A DNA stretch of 64,000 bases from Candidatus Altiarchaeota archaeon (GCA_043813075.1 JBDRLL010000006.1:32001-96000); one strand, 5' to 3'; numbered from the stretch's first letter, positions 9,216-19,217 are shown. The notes: generated by a model not told the origin, from the sequence alone. Program-made: numbers and translations.

Positions 9216-10322
9216 CTAGACGCATAACACGCATATCTCGTCGCCTGCTATGAAGGCGTCGCAGTTGGCGTCCACATACTGGCCTATCTTCTTATGCCTG
9301 AGTTGGCATGCTGCTTGCGCTGACTGCAGGTCGCGCTGGCAGCTGCTGCCTGGAAGCACGTTACTGCAGCTAACTGGTGGTGACTGGGACTTGCAGGTGA
9401 CGCACAATTCATCTCCAGGATTGAATGCATCGCAGTTGGCATTAACAGTCTGGTCCACCACCTTGCCCTGAAGCTGGCATGAAGACTGTGCCGCCTGGAG
9501 GGTGCGCTGGCAGCTGCTGCCCTGCAGGACGCTGCTGCACTTGACTGCAGGTGACGGAGACTTGCATTTAACGCACAATTCGTCCCCTGGATTCATGCGG
9601 TCGCAGTTAGCCTGCTGGGTCTGGTCGATGACCATGTTCATAAGCTGGCATGAAGACTGTGCCGCCTGCATGTCGCGCTGGCAGCTGCTGCCTGGAAGCA
9701 CCTGGTTGCAGGGCGTGAAAGGTGAAGGCGCCTTGCAAGTGACGCAGACTTCTGGTCCGATCCTGAATGCATCACAGTCAACGGTGATTACCTGGTCGAC
9801 GACCATGTTCTTAAGCCCGCACGCCGCCTGGGCTGCCTGAAGGTCGCGCTGACAGCTACTGCCTGGAAGCACCTTGCGACAGGAGGACTTTGGGGGAAGG
9901 GTTGTGGTCGTGGTTGTGGACTTACACTGCCTTAAGCCCCTGCAGTCAGGGTCCTTGCAGTCGACCAGGCCGTCACAGTCGTCGTCCGCCTTGTTAGAGC
10001 ATTTTTTCCCCTTCTCGCTCCCGGATTTCTTGCAGTTGGGGTCTGCGCAGTCTATGAGTCCGTCACAGTCGTCGTCAACCCCGTTAGAGCATTTATTACG
10101 CATCTCCTTCCCCCGCATCGAGTTCTTGCATCCAGGATCCTTGCAGTCGACCAGGCCGTCGCGGTCGTCATCCACACCGTTAGAGCACTTCTTCCTGCCC
10201 TTCTCAGGACGTGACTTGCCCTTCTTGGAGGATACTGTTGAGGCAAGAGCCCAAGTCACTAGGATAAGCACCATGATGACTACAAGAGTCTTCTGGCTTG
10301 TTTTTCGGAGCCTTACATTCAT
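9216..10322 (-). CDS. Secreted Cys-rich repeat protein (3 x CxNxxDDDxDGLxDCxDPxC, poly-Thr linker, 4 x 57-aa six-Cys repeats)
   Basis: Signal peptide followed by two repeat classes visible in the translation; start chosen at MNVRLRK. Confidence 0.75.
   Translation of the reverse strand: MNVRLRKTSQKTLVVIMVLILVTWALASTVSSKKGKSRPEKGRKKCSNGVDDDRDGLVDCKDPGCKNSMRGKEMRNKCSNGVDDDCDGLIDCADPNCKKSGSEKGKKCSNKADDDCDGLVDCKDPDCRGLRQCKSTTTTTTLPPKSSCRKVLPGSSCQRDLQAAQAACGLKNMVVDQVITVDCDAFRIGPEVCVTCKAPSPFTPCNQVLPGSSCQRDMQAAQSSCQLMNMVIDQTQQANCDRMNPGDELCVKCKSPSPAVKCSSVLQGSSCQRTLQAAQSSCQLQGKVVDQTVNANCDAFNPGDELCVTCKSQSPPVSCSNVLPGSSCQRDLQSAQAACQLRHKKIGQYVDANCDAFIAGDEICVLCV
9219..9887 (-). repeat. Four intragenic tandem repeats, 171-nt period
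   Basis: 'gcgctg(g/a)cagct(g/a)ctgcc' recurs at about 9333, 9504, 9675 and 9846. Confidence 0.9.
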
Positions 10323-10371
10323 AGAGGAGGACATTACGTAAAGATAATAGGCGTATTTAATTAAAAAAAAG

Positions 10372-12360
10372 TCAGGTGAAGCAGGGCATCCAGTCGAGTG
10401 GCGTGTCGTCTGCAACATCCGCTTCACCGAGCTTGCTGCAGTATCCAAGGTCGCTTTCACCGGTGACTATGAAGTTGTACGTGTTCCCAGTCAAGTCCGC
10501 CAACCGCGGGTTGTTGAAGTTCACCTCACACGTCATGTTGTAGTACGTCGGATCCGCGTCAACATACTCTGTCTTGCATGCGTCAAGGAATAGGTAGTCT
10601 GTGCCATTGTCAAGGTAGAACGCCCAGTAAGTCTCCTCGTCAAAGCCGTGAGTACCAAGCCAGTATACGCTGACATCCTTGACGTCGCCGCATGTGACAG
10701 GCTCCCCGTCAACGTTAATCCAGTATATCCTGTCGATAGTACCTCCTGGAATGCATTTCTCCTTAAGGCCTCCGGGATTGAATCCGGACAGCTCGGTGTA
10801 GGATATGCAGCCCTTTAGGAGCACGTTCCTGCTGTAGACTGCGTCGGCGATGAAGTTCATTTCTGGCGTGCAGTAGCCGGCGTAATCCTCTGCAGTGACT
10901 ATAAGGTTATGGAATCCGTCGGCAGCATCCAGGTTGACGGGCACGTTCACGTTGCATATCATGTCGTAGTTGTATGCGCGCTCAGGATCCTCGGGGGTTG
11001 TGTTCGTGCTATTGCAGGAGTCCAGATAGTGGGCTCCATCATCCAGGAAGAAAGCCCAGTGATTGAAGTCGCTGTTATGGTTGCCATGCCATCTGACGGT
11101 GATGTCAAGGGACTTGCCGCACTGTAGGGGACGCAGCACTGTGACGTCGTCTATGACGACCACTGGATTAGCGCCGTCAAAACAATCGAATTGAGCCTCC
11201 CCGACGCATGACACGACGTGGGTGTTGGGGGACAGCGTTGTCGTCGTGGTTGTCGACACTATAGGTTCATATCGTCCGCTACTCCATATAACAACCCTCT
11301 GCTTGAATGTGTTTTTCAGTATCCTCTGTTTCCCGCTCAACAGGGTCAGGTCATCCATAGGCTCGCTGAATGACGCTGTCTTGACACTGCTGACGAAATC
11401 TGGAACCTCATCGCTCATAACGTGGTTTCCGACGATGCACTCCTTGATGCTGTTCGGGTTTCCATAGGACCAGGTATTGCTGTTTCGGGGGTCGTAGAGT
11501 GCATCAGTGGTCAGTAGGACAACGTCTATCAGGCTGTTGGGGTCTGTGTTGTCAAAGTATAGTTGTATCGAGTGTCCAGCGAATACACCGCCGACCTTGC
11601 TCCATTCAACGGAGCCTCTTAGAGTATTGAAGATGTAGAACGGCTCGCCGTCGACGACTATCTGGAGCACAGTGCTGCTGCTGAGGCCCCTAACCCATAT
11701 GTGGTAGTAGCCTGGAGTCGTCTCAACAGTCTTCACGTTGTTGCCGTCATACTGCAGTTCGCTCATGAAACCGGCGGAACAACCGCGACTACATCGACTG
11801 GTCGTGTTAAACCCCCAGAATCGCTCGTCCTCAGCCTCAATCCATATGTGGGTGTCTGTGGTGTGGTTTGTTATGGTGAAGTTGAATCCGTTGAGGCATG
11901 ATACTGGACGGTTATTTTCGTCGAGATGAATGCCCTGCATGCAACCAACATCTGACGTGTTGATGCACGAGTATACTATGTAGAAGTCGTATCTGCTGGA
12001 GCCGAGAAGACTCCTCCTTATATCAGTGTAATTCTCCTCCAGGTTCTTGATGAAATTCAACAGCTTATCAGGGTCGACGATACGATCCTGGAAGAAGACT
12101 CGCTCGCCGACAGGGGTTATGTCCGAAAGACCGTAGACTTTAACCGTATCCTGCTTCCAGTCTTCAGGGTATCCGGGAGTCTTAACCAGCTGCTCGCCGA
12201 CGGAGTCTGACAGCCACTGCATCTCGAATATCCTAAGGTCGCCGCTGATGTCCATTGTGACCGAATCCCAGAGGTAGATTACTATGGAGAATATGACTAG
12301 GAACAATACCGCCGAGAATGTGAGATCCCATGTGAATACCTGCCCCCTGCCCCCCCTCAA
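10372..12360 (-). CDS. Large class III signal-peptide protein (minor pilin/adhesin) with CBM-like module and duplicated C-terminal domain
   Basis: 'RGGRG|QVFTWDLTFSAVLFLVIF', 'LVKTPGYPEDW', poly-Thr linker, two homologous C-terminal domains. TTG start inferred. Confidence 0.7.
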   Translation of the reverse strand: MRGGRGQVFTWDLTFSAVLFLVIFSIVIYLWDSVTMDISGDLRIFEMQWLSDSVGEQLVKTPGYPEDWKQDTVKVYGLSDITPVGERVFFQDRIVDPDKLLNFIKNLEENYTDIRRSLLGSSRYDFYIVYSCINTSDVGCMQGIHLDENNRPVSCLNGFNFTITNHTTDTHIWIEAEDERFWGFNTTSRCSRGCSAGFMSELQYDGNNVKTVETTPGYYHIWVRGLSSSTVLQIVVDGEPFYIFNTLRGSVEWSKVGGVFAGHSIQLYFDNTDPNSLIDVVLLTTDALYDPRNSNTWSYGNPNSIKECIVGNHVMSDEVPDFVSSVKTASFSEPMDDLTLLSGKQRILKNTFKQRVVIWSSGRYEPIVSTTTTTTLSPNTHVVSCVGEAQFDCFDGANPVVVIDDVTVLRPLQCGKSLDITVRWHGNHNSDFNHWAFFLDDGAHYLDSCNSTNTTPEDPERAYNYDMICNVNVPVNLDAADGFHNLIVTAEDYAGYCTPEMNFIADAVYSRNVLLKGCISYTELSGFNPGGLKEKCIPGGTIDRIYWINVDGEPVTCGDVKDVSVYWLGTHGFDEETYWAFYLDNGTDYLFLDACKTEYVDADPTYYNMTCEVNFNNPRLADLTGNTYNFIVTGESDLGYCSKLGEADVADDTPLDWMPCFT

Positions 12361-12361
12361 C

Positions 12362-13318
12362 TTAGGGATACGTGATGCATACGTCATCGTTAGTGTTTAA
12401 AGTGATTTTACTGCCGTCAGCGTTAATCCATACCCAGTCAGTACCCAACGGCGCTTCGAGGGGGTTAATACACATCCTGAAGCCCGTGGAGTTGAAGACA
12501 AACATTACCCCATCCAATTCTCCTGGTGTTGGGTTCCATACGCCCTCAGGCTCGACGTTCAGGCTGAACTCGCCCACATCGTCGGAGTATATGCTATCCA
12601 GATCCCCCATTATGTCGTGGAAATCCATCTTCACCACATCGTCGACCTTGTGGCGTATCACGAAGTCCAGTTGATCGGAATCCGTGTCCTCATACACATA
12701 CATCAGGCTGCCGCCGTTGACGAGATGGGTTTCAGCCATGGACGTGGAAGCGAGGTAAGCGTCGTCAGAACCGATGAAAGGAGAGACCATCACATTCAAG
12801 CCGCGGGACATGAGATTGTATCTCTCGGTGATGTAAACCCTGCCCTGACGCCTCAACACCCTCGCGTCAATGGACTCGTTGACGTGGATGCACCTCTCGC
12901 TCACACTCACATTGCAGAGTCCATTGCAATGCCGGAGAAAACACTCCACCCTCATCGTTGATATTGGAGCGCTGAAGTAGAGGGTCTTACCCCTCGCGAA
13001 AGCAGACCCCTTGACGAAGACTGTAGGCTGGTCTGGGAAGAAACTCACGTTATAATCGCTGAAAGCATAAAGACGGGCTGGAATGTTGAAATACATCCAG
13101 TAGCCGTCACCCACCATGTTGACGGTGTTGATATTGTCGGCAATAGAGGTCACAGCAAGGAGGCCATCTATGTAAACCTTGAAGTCGCTTGTTCTGACAT
13201 ACTTCAGGTATATAACGTAACTGGACATCATGAAGATCATGAGGAGGATTCCCATGACTGCGATAAACTCGACTGTTACTTGACTTGAATTCGACTTGCA
13301 GTGGATCATTGCAGGCAA
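12362..13318 (-). CDS. Class III signal-peptide (pilin-like) protein
   Basis: 'KSNSS|QVTVEFIAVMGILLMIF', 'IADNINTVNMVGDGY'. Confidence 0.7.
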   Translation of the reverse strand: MPAMIHCKSNSSQVTVEFIAVMGILLMIFMMSSYVIYLKYVRTSDFKVYIDGLLAVTSIADNINTVNMVGDGYWMYFNIPARLYAFSDYNVSFFPDQPTVFVKGSAFARGKTLYFSAPISTMRVECFLRHCNGLCNVSVSERCIHVNESIDARVLRRQGRVYITERYNLMSRGLNVMVSPFIGSDDAYLASTSMAETHLVNGGSLMYVYEDTDSDQLDFVIRHKVDDVVKMDFHDIMGDLDSIYSDDVGEFSLNVEPEGVWNPTPGELDGVMFVFNSTGFRMCINPLEAPLGTDWVWINADGSKITLNTNDDVCITYP

Positions 13319-13325
13319 ACCATAA

Positions 13326-13754
13326 TCATATCTGGGTTACATTAATCTCCGTGTCCGAAAGGGACTCGACCCTGAATACGTAATAACCCTCCCTAACCAG
13401 ACCAGATAGATCGCCGTAGACCCTGCCTTTTGAGACGCTGTATATGTCGGTGTAGGAGGGACCGATGCCGACGCGGACGTTGAACGTGTTATTGTTCAGG
13501 ATAGAAGCTTCCTCAACATTAGGGGGTATGTATATGTTGACTTGGGTTCTGGAGGGGTGGCCGTGGACGTATATGAAGTCGGATGCGTCTCTAAGCTTCT
13601 CGACCGCACGGTAAGCGGAATCCACCCCAACCTGGGCGCTTGACGTGGATATGAGGGTGCTCGTTACGTAGAGTATGGCCGAGAATACGGCAAGCGATAG
13701 TGCAAGCATTATCATGTATTCAAGCGATGCCTGGCCCCTTCTAAACCCGTTCAT
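13326..13754 (-). CDS. Type IV pilin-like protein
   Basis: 'RRG|QASLEYMIMLALSLAVF' is a canonical archaeal class III signal peptide. Confidence 0.85.
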   Translation of the reverse strand: MNGFRRGQASLEYMIMLALSLAVFSAILYVTSTLISTSSAQVGVDSAYRAVEKLRDASDFIYVHGHPSRTQVNIYIPPNVEEASILNNNTFNVRVGIGPSYTDIYSVSKGRVYGDLSGLVREGYYVFRVESLSDTEINVTQI

Positions 13755-13841
13755 GATGTACGCCTCTTGAATAATATTTATATATAGACTACATATAAAG
13801 TAGCCTATAAAATATGGACAAGACTTAGGGGTTTGATAGAC

Positions 13842-14144
13842 ATGGAATACGAGACGATTGTGAGTGAATACGTGGACTACGGCAGGAACAAGTTCATAGA
13901 GGTTTCTAGGAAGAAGGTTCTGCCAGACCAGACAGAGTTTTTGAACATCTCCAAGGGGTATTACACTCCTGACGGAGAAAAGAGATACCAGAGAGGTATC
14001 GGATTCCCGGTTGAGGAATCGATTGTCAGCAGCCTTATCAACAAGCTGCAGATAGTCATATCCTCTGCTGAGGGGAGTTCTGGGTCGTCCTCAGAGATGA
14101 TGGATGAATCCCAGGATGAGGTTCAAGAATCTCCGATGGAGTAG
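13842..14144 (+). CDS. Small conserved protein, possible PC4/Pur-type ssDNA-binding fold with acidic tail
   Basis: 'NKFIEVSRK...FLNISKGYYTPDGEKRYQRGIGFP' beta-rich pattern and acidic C-terminal tail. Confidence 0.5.
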   Translation: MEYETIVSEYVDYGRNKFIEVSRKKVLPDQTEFLNISKGYYTPDGEKRYQRGIGFPVEESIVSSLINKLQIVISSAEGSSGSSSEMMDESQDEVQESPME

Positions 14145-14198
14145 GTATAATAGTAGTGGACCTATCTGGAAGGCATTCTATTGGGCTCTGACATGAAG

Positions 14199-17100
14199 TC
14201 AACCCAAATTCTTTAATTTATTTTTTACATACTTTATGACTTCATCAATCTCGCCAGACATGTCAGGGTGCTTTGACTTGAAGTCCTCCAGCTCGTTTAT
14301 TATGTCCTTGCCTGCCTGCCCTAAACCCTTCTTGTCTTCATGCAGCTTGCCTAGTACCGTGGCCAAAACCTTCTCCTTTTCGGAAACACCACCAACAGAT
14401 GGTTTGACCTCTGATTTACCTGCAGTCTGTAACTCCTTCTCCTTCTGCCTCAAACGTTCCTCCCACTCAGACAGCTCTCGCTCGCGTTCTGAAGCATCAT
14501 TGGGCATGTCAGCGTGGGAGCGTATTTTCTTCTCCATCTCATGCAGGTCATGCTCCTTCTCCTTCAGACGCTGCTCCCAGTCGAAGAGCTTATGCTCCCT
14601 GCCTGAAAGACCGCCCTTGAACTCTGAATCCGTCCCATGATCGGATAACTCGGCCTCCCTCTTGTCCAGTTCGCTGGAACGCCTGTTCAACTCCTGCTCC
14701 CATTTTGAAAGCCTGCCCTCAAGTTCCGGGTCATGGGATGGGACAGAACCGGAAAACAACTCCTCCCGTTCGGAGATGGCTTTTTCACGTGCGTCAAGCT
14801 CGCTCGCACGCTTAGCTAATGCATCCTCCAGGTCCGCGGACTCGCCGCCATCGGGAGCATGTTCATGTAGAGAACGCTCCTTCTCAGAGACTTCTTCCTC
14901 CCGCTTGATAACCGCTTCCAGACGCTCGTTAACCGTCTTTTCCTTTGAAGAAAGGGATTCTCGAACATCATTTAGCCTAGCAGACTCCTTCCCCAACTCA
15001 ACCTCCCTTTCGGACAGCAGCCTCTCCCGCTCATCGATTTCCCCAATCCTCTCCTTAAGCACATCATCGGACTCCCCGGAGAAGTGCTTATCACCCAAGA
15101 CCGCCTCCTTCTCCGCGATGGTCGCCTCCCTGTGGACTATGTTAGACTCCCTCTTCTGCAACTCAGCCTCCATCTTCGACAGCTTAGCCTCCTTCTCATC
15201 TAGCTCCGGTAGCTTTAAAGTCACATCCTGCTCGGAATCGTTGATCTTCCTCTCCCTAGCCTCAAGCTCGCCAGCCCTCTGGTTTAGATTGGTCTCCCTC
15301 TTATTCAACAACTTCTCGCGCTCAGCTAGGGTGGCGTTAGACTCCTCTATCTTAGCCTCACGCTTCTCCAAGTTGGCTTCGCGTTCGCCGATAAGACGCT
15401 CCCTCTTTGTGAATGAATCAGCCTTCTTCTCTATATCAGCCGCATAGCCGCTGAAATCGCTCTCACGCTTGACCAAAACAGTCTCCCTATTCTTCATCTC
15501 CTGGAACTTCTGGTTCAACTCCCCGTCACGCGCTTCAGCCGCCTTCTCACGCTTCTCGACGAGTACCAGACGGGATTTTATCTCGCCCTCCACCTTACCG
15601 ACATTGGATTCCCGCTCCTTCAGTATCTTTTCAGCCTCAGTCAACGCATTCTTTGTTGCGTTAACCTGCTGCTCACGAGCCTCAAGCCTTGACTGCGCTT
15701 CACCAAGCTTGTTTTCCCTGTCGTCAAGAGCCTTCCCGCGCTTATTCAACTCCGCATTCCTTGTGTTAAGCTCGGATTCCCTGGATTTTATCCCAGATTC
15801 CCTGTCCGTCAGCTCCTTCTCCTTGGGTTTGATCGCAGCCTCCCTCTGATTCAGGTTCGACTCCTTTTCACCGAGCATGCGTTCCTTGTCTGACTGCCGC
15901 TCCTCCCTGGACTTGACTGCCTCCTCACGCTTTCCGAGTTCTGTCTCCCTGCCATTTAGCACAGACTCCCGATCCTTTAAGGCAGCCTCGTTTGAGTCCA
16001 GCTCAGACTGCCTGCGTGAAAGGCCCTCATCCCTCTGATTAAGCCCGTCTTCCCTCGACTTCGCGGTTTTCTCAGACTCTGAAAGAATCTTCTCCCTTGC
16101 CTTCAAGTCAGATTCCCGGGAGTTAAGAGAGTCCTCCCTGGTGTCAAGCTCCGAATCCTTCTTTATGAGCGCCCGTTCCCTCTCCTTAAGCGCCTTATCG
16201 TCCTCCGCGAGATTAGCCTCCCTTGCTGAGAGGGATGAATCCGTCCTAGCGAGATCCTCAGATTTGGCGAGAAGACTACTCTCCCGGGCATCCAGCTTAG
16301 ACTCCCTCTCACTCAAAACCCTTTCACGCGCATTCAAACCCTCTTCAATCACGTCGAGGGCTGACGCCCTATCATCTATGTTCTCCACTCTAGCGCTCAA
16401 CTCACCCTCACGAGCGTTAACATCGCGCTCCCTGTCATTCAGCTTACTCTCACGGGATTTGACGGAAGACTCCCTGCCCTTGAGCTCTGACTCAAGGGAA
16501 CGCAACTCCTTCTCAGCCACGTCAAGCCCATTAGACTTCTTGTTCAACTCGGATTCCTTCTTACCCAGCTCTAACTCCTTCCCACCCAATTTCTCTTCTT
16601 TACTATCGAGTTTCTCCTTCTGCTCATGCAACTCCTTCCTCAGCTCCTCAACAGACTTCTTCTCTGACTTCAGCTTGCTCTCACGGTCCAGAATGCTCTT
16701 CTCCTTCCCGTCCAGCTCCGCCTTCTTTACCTTTATCAGCTCCTCCTGCGCGATTATCGCTTTTTCACGAGCCTCGAACTCGTGGACGTCCCGTATGAAG
16801 TCGTCCTGCATGGACGCTAGCCTATGCTCCCATCCGGTGAAATGCTCCTCCTTAGCCTGAAGATAATCCCTGTCATGGCGTTCGACACGTGGACTTGGCG
16901 CAGGCCTCTGGACCACCGTCTCCCTCATGACTTCGGGAGGCTTCTTCCGCTTCTTAGCCTGCTCCTTGTGCTTTTCAATCTCCTCCTCAACCTTTTCTTT
17001 AACAGCGTCATCCTGGGGCAAGTCAACCTTGCGGTCTTCAGTGTCCGGTTGGCTGCCATCACCGGAGTCGGACGGGGGTATGGGCGAGGATATGGACTCT

Positions 17101-17441
17101 CCCTCGCCTTTTGTGGCGGCGATACGCCGTTCAAGAACTCGTTTATGCATCAGACCTATGATTTCATCGGCAGACTCGCTTGACTCAGCCTCCTCCTTAT
17201 CCAAGCCCGTTATTTCCTCTTCATCAAGGTCTGCGTCGATACGAGAACCAGGCTTGAATACGGTTTCACCCACTATCGTGTAATGGATTTTTATGATCTC
17301 ATGGTCTTTCAGTATCTTGGCGATGTTTATGACCGTTTCCTCATCTTCGCCGAGACGTGAGACAGCATCCTCTAGCTTTATCTCCTTAGCCTCCTTAACC
17401 AGTTCTGTGAAACGCTGTAGAACACTCTTGTCTAAAGGCAT
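14199..17441 (-). CDS. 1080-aa repetitive coiled-coil protein with N-terminal winged-helix-like domain
   Basis: Hundreds of residues of heptad 'L..RE..L..RE' repeats; N-terminal 'IKLEDAVSRLG...IAKILKDHEIIKIHY'. Confidence 0.75.
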   Translation of the reverse strand: MPLDKSVLQRFTELVKEAKEIKLEDAVSRLGEDEETVINIAKILKDHEIIKIHYTIVGETVFKPGSRIDADLDEEEITGLDKEEAESSESADEIIGLMHKRVLERRIAATKGEGESISSPIPPSDSGDGSQPDTEDRKVDLPQDDAVKEKVEEEIEKHKEQAKKRKKPPEVMRETVVQRPAPSPRVERHDRDYLQAKEEHFTGWEHRLASMQDDFIRDVHEFEAREKAIIAQEELIKVKKAELDGKEKSILDRESKLKSEKKSVEELRKELHEQKEKLDSKEEKLGGKELELGKKESELNKKSNGLDVAEKELRSLESELKGRESSVKSRESKLNDRERDVNAREGELSARVENIDDRASALDVIEEGLNARERVLSERESKLDARESSLLAKSEDLARTDSSLSAREANLAEDDKALKERERALIKKDSELDTREDSLNSRESDLKAREKILSESEKTAKSREDGLNQRDEGLSRRQSELDSNEAALKDRESVLNGRETELGKREEAVKSREERQSDKERMLGEKESNLNQREAAIKPKEKELTDRESGIKSRESELNTRNAELNKRGKALDDRENKLGEAQSRLEAREQQVNATKNALTEAEKILKERESNVGKVEGEIKSRLVLVEKREKAAEARDGELNQKFQEMKNRETVLVKRESDFSGYAADIEKKADSFTKRERLIGEREANLEKREAKIEESNATLAEREKLLNKRETNLNQRAGELEARERKINDSEQDVTLKLPELDEKEAKLSKMEAELQKRESNIVHREATIAEKEAVLGDKHFSGESDDVLKERIGEIDERERLLSEREVELGKESARLNDVRESLSSKEKTVNERLEAVIKREEEVSEKERSLHEHAPDGGESADLEDALAKRASELDAREKAISEREELFSGSVPSHDPELEGRLSKWEQELNRRSSELDKREAELSDHGTDSEFKGGLSGREHKLFDWEQRLKEKEHDLHEMEKKIRSHADMPNDASERERELSEWEERLRQKEKELQTAGKSEVKPSVGGVSEKEKVLATVLGKLHEDKKGLGQAGKDIINELEDFKSKHPDMSGEIDEVIKYVKNKLKNLG

Positions 17442-17483
17442 CTTAGCGGTTAATGATATGTTTAAACCGTAAAAAAACGATTG

Positions 17484-17687
17484 CTACTCCGTTACAATGA
17501 TCTTGATGCAGGCGACCGGGCAGTTCTCCTCCGCGTCACGGTTACGCCCCAACTCATCAAGCTCGGTCTTAACGGGCTTCGCCTTACCATCCTCCATCAT
17601 CTTCCAGTTTTCAGGGCATACAGCCTCGCAGGCACCGCAGCCGATGCACGCGTCCCTCGTCTGTTTTATGATGTATTTTTTCGCCAT
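17484..17687 (-). CDS. Mono-cluster ferredoxin
   Basis: 'CIGCGACEAVCP...CPVACI'; true start at MAKKY. Confidence 0.9.
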   Translation of the reverse strand: MAKKYIIKQTRDACIGCGACEAVCPENWKMMEDGKAKPVKTELDELGRNRDAEENCPVACIKIIVTE

Positions 17688-17787
17688 AGAAGAAACACTC
17701 CAACAATAGTATGAATACGCAGGCTCGCTTATAAACCAATAAAACACAGGAATTAAAGGCTTACGCGAAAGTATTAAACGGTTTAAG

Positions 17788-18330
17788 ATGGGTTTTCTGG
17801 ATCTGGCAAAATCGAGGAGGTCTGTAAGGCGCTTCACAGGAAGGGAAGTGCCTGTAAAGGATGTGGAACACATTCTTGAGGCAGGCAGATGGGCTCCGTC
17901 AGCGTTAAACAAGCAGCCATGGAGGTTCATAGTCATAACAGACGGTGAGATAAAGTCATGGATAAGGAGGGTATATGACAGAGTCAGGGATGAGCTTGGC
18001 CTGTACAAGCAGGATGCCTCTTTCCTGGAGAAGTCGACTTTGATAGTAGTGCTGTCAGACACTGGGATGCCAGGAAACGAAGTGTCCACCGCATTATCCG
18101 CCGGGAACATTCTGCTGGCGGCTGAAGACATGGGGTATGGAAGCCTTATTATGAGCTCCCCATTTATGGGTGATGAGGGGGTGAGAGACTTCAAGGATAT
18201 TCTAGGGATACCAGACAACTACAAGCCAATGTTCGTGATTGCCGTAGGCTGCAAAGACGGTGAGACCCCTGTGAAGGACAGGATTCCATTGGAGGATCTA
18301 GTCTCATACAACAAGTATGGTGTAGGATGA
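17788..18330 (+). CDS. Nitroreductase family protein
   Basis: 'RRSVRRF', 'WAPSALNKQPWRF'. Confidence 0.9.
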   Translation: MGFLDLAKSRRSVRRFTGREVPVKDVEHILEAGRWAPSALNKQPWRFIVITDGEIKSWIRRVYDRVRDELGLYKQDASFLEKSTLIVVLSDTGMPGNEVSTALSAGNILLAAEDMGYGSLIMSSPFMGDEGVRDFKDILGIPDNYKPMFVIAVGCKDGETPVKDRIPLEDLVSYNKYGVG

Positions 18331-19217
18331 GTCTGCTGGATAGGTTGAGGGAGGCTGTCAAGAGAGTAGAGGATTCCAGGGAGATATGGTCCATAGCATA
18401 CCTTGCAGTCCTCATATACGCGTTCAGCGTCATAGTAATCACTGGTGTATTCTTCTCAGCACCATACTTGGTCACGTCTGAGAACAGCCTGCTCTTCGGC
18501 CTCGGGATGCTGTCATACAACCACGGGTATCTGCTGAACAACTGCCATCAGCTGCCGCAGAGAAGCCTGTCCCTCAACAACATACAGTTGCCAGTCTGCT
18601 CCAGGGACATGGGTATATACGTGGGATGCCTGATAGGAGTCCTATCAGCATTCAAGTTCAGGGCCAAGAGCAAGCTATTGAACTCGATATGGTTTGCGGG
18701 AGCCCTTATGACGCCGCTAATGGTGGACGGAGTCAGCCAGACGCTGCTGACAATGAGGGAGTCCACCAACACCATACGCTTCGCAACGGGAATCCTGTTC
18801 GGCCTCGGCATGATGTATTACGTGACCGTGAAGACAATCCACTACGCGAAGAGGAGTGAGATAGACTACATGAGGGTGAGGGGGACGTCAAAGATGGTGT
18901 TCATAGTATTCACTGCAGTGATAGTACTGCTTTCAATCACCTCATCATCATGGTACTTGACGAGGGAGGAGGCGTATCAAATGGTTTTGAAATCATATCC
19001 TGGAGAGAAATTAGAGCCACACACTTACATCCCGCCCAACGCGCTGAATACCGTGTCAAGAGACCCTTACTTGGACTCACATAGGACAGACATTCTAGAC
19101 GACCTGACGCACATAAAGGCGGTGACTGAAGGCGGCCAATGGGCGTTCACAGGGGTATACGGGAGGTACTACGTTAGCGTTAATGACGGTAAAGTCACTG
19201 TCATGACAGGCTACTGA
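18327..19217 (+). CDS. DUF2085 family membrane protein
   Basis: 'CHQLPQRS...PVCSRDMGIY', 'DGVSQ...RESTNTIRFATG'. Confidence 0.8.
   Translation: MSLLDRLREAVKRVEDSREIWSIAYLAVLIYAFSVIVITGVFFSAPYLVTSENSLLFGLGMLSYNHGYLLNNCHQLPQRSLSLNNIQLPVCSRDMGIYVGCLIGVLSAFKFRAKSKLLNSIWFAGALMTPLMVDGVSQTLLTMRESTNTIRFATGILFGLGMMYYVTVKTIHYAKRSEIDYMRVRGTSKMVFIVFTAVIVLLSITSSSWYLTREEAYQMVLKSYPGEKLEPHTYIPPNALNTVSRDPYLDSHRTDILDDLTHIKAVTEGGQWAFTGVYGRYYVSVNDGKVTVMTGY

Noticed and set aside
9219-9887. Regularly spaced repeats as a possible CRISPR array
   Set aside because: The 171-nt in-frame period with homologous intervening sequence indicates a protein repeat; no cas genes are present.
14236-17283. Long Ser-rich + strand ORFs
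   Set aside because: Antisense shadows of the Glu/Arg/Lys-rich coiled-coil gene.
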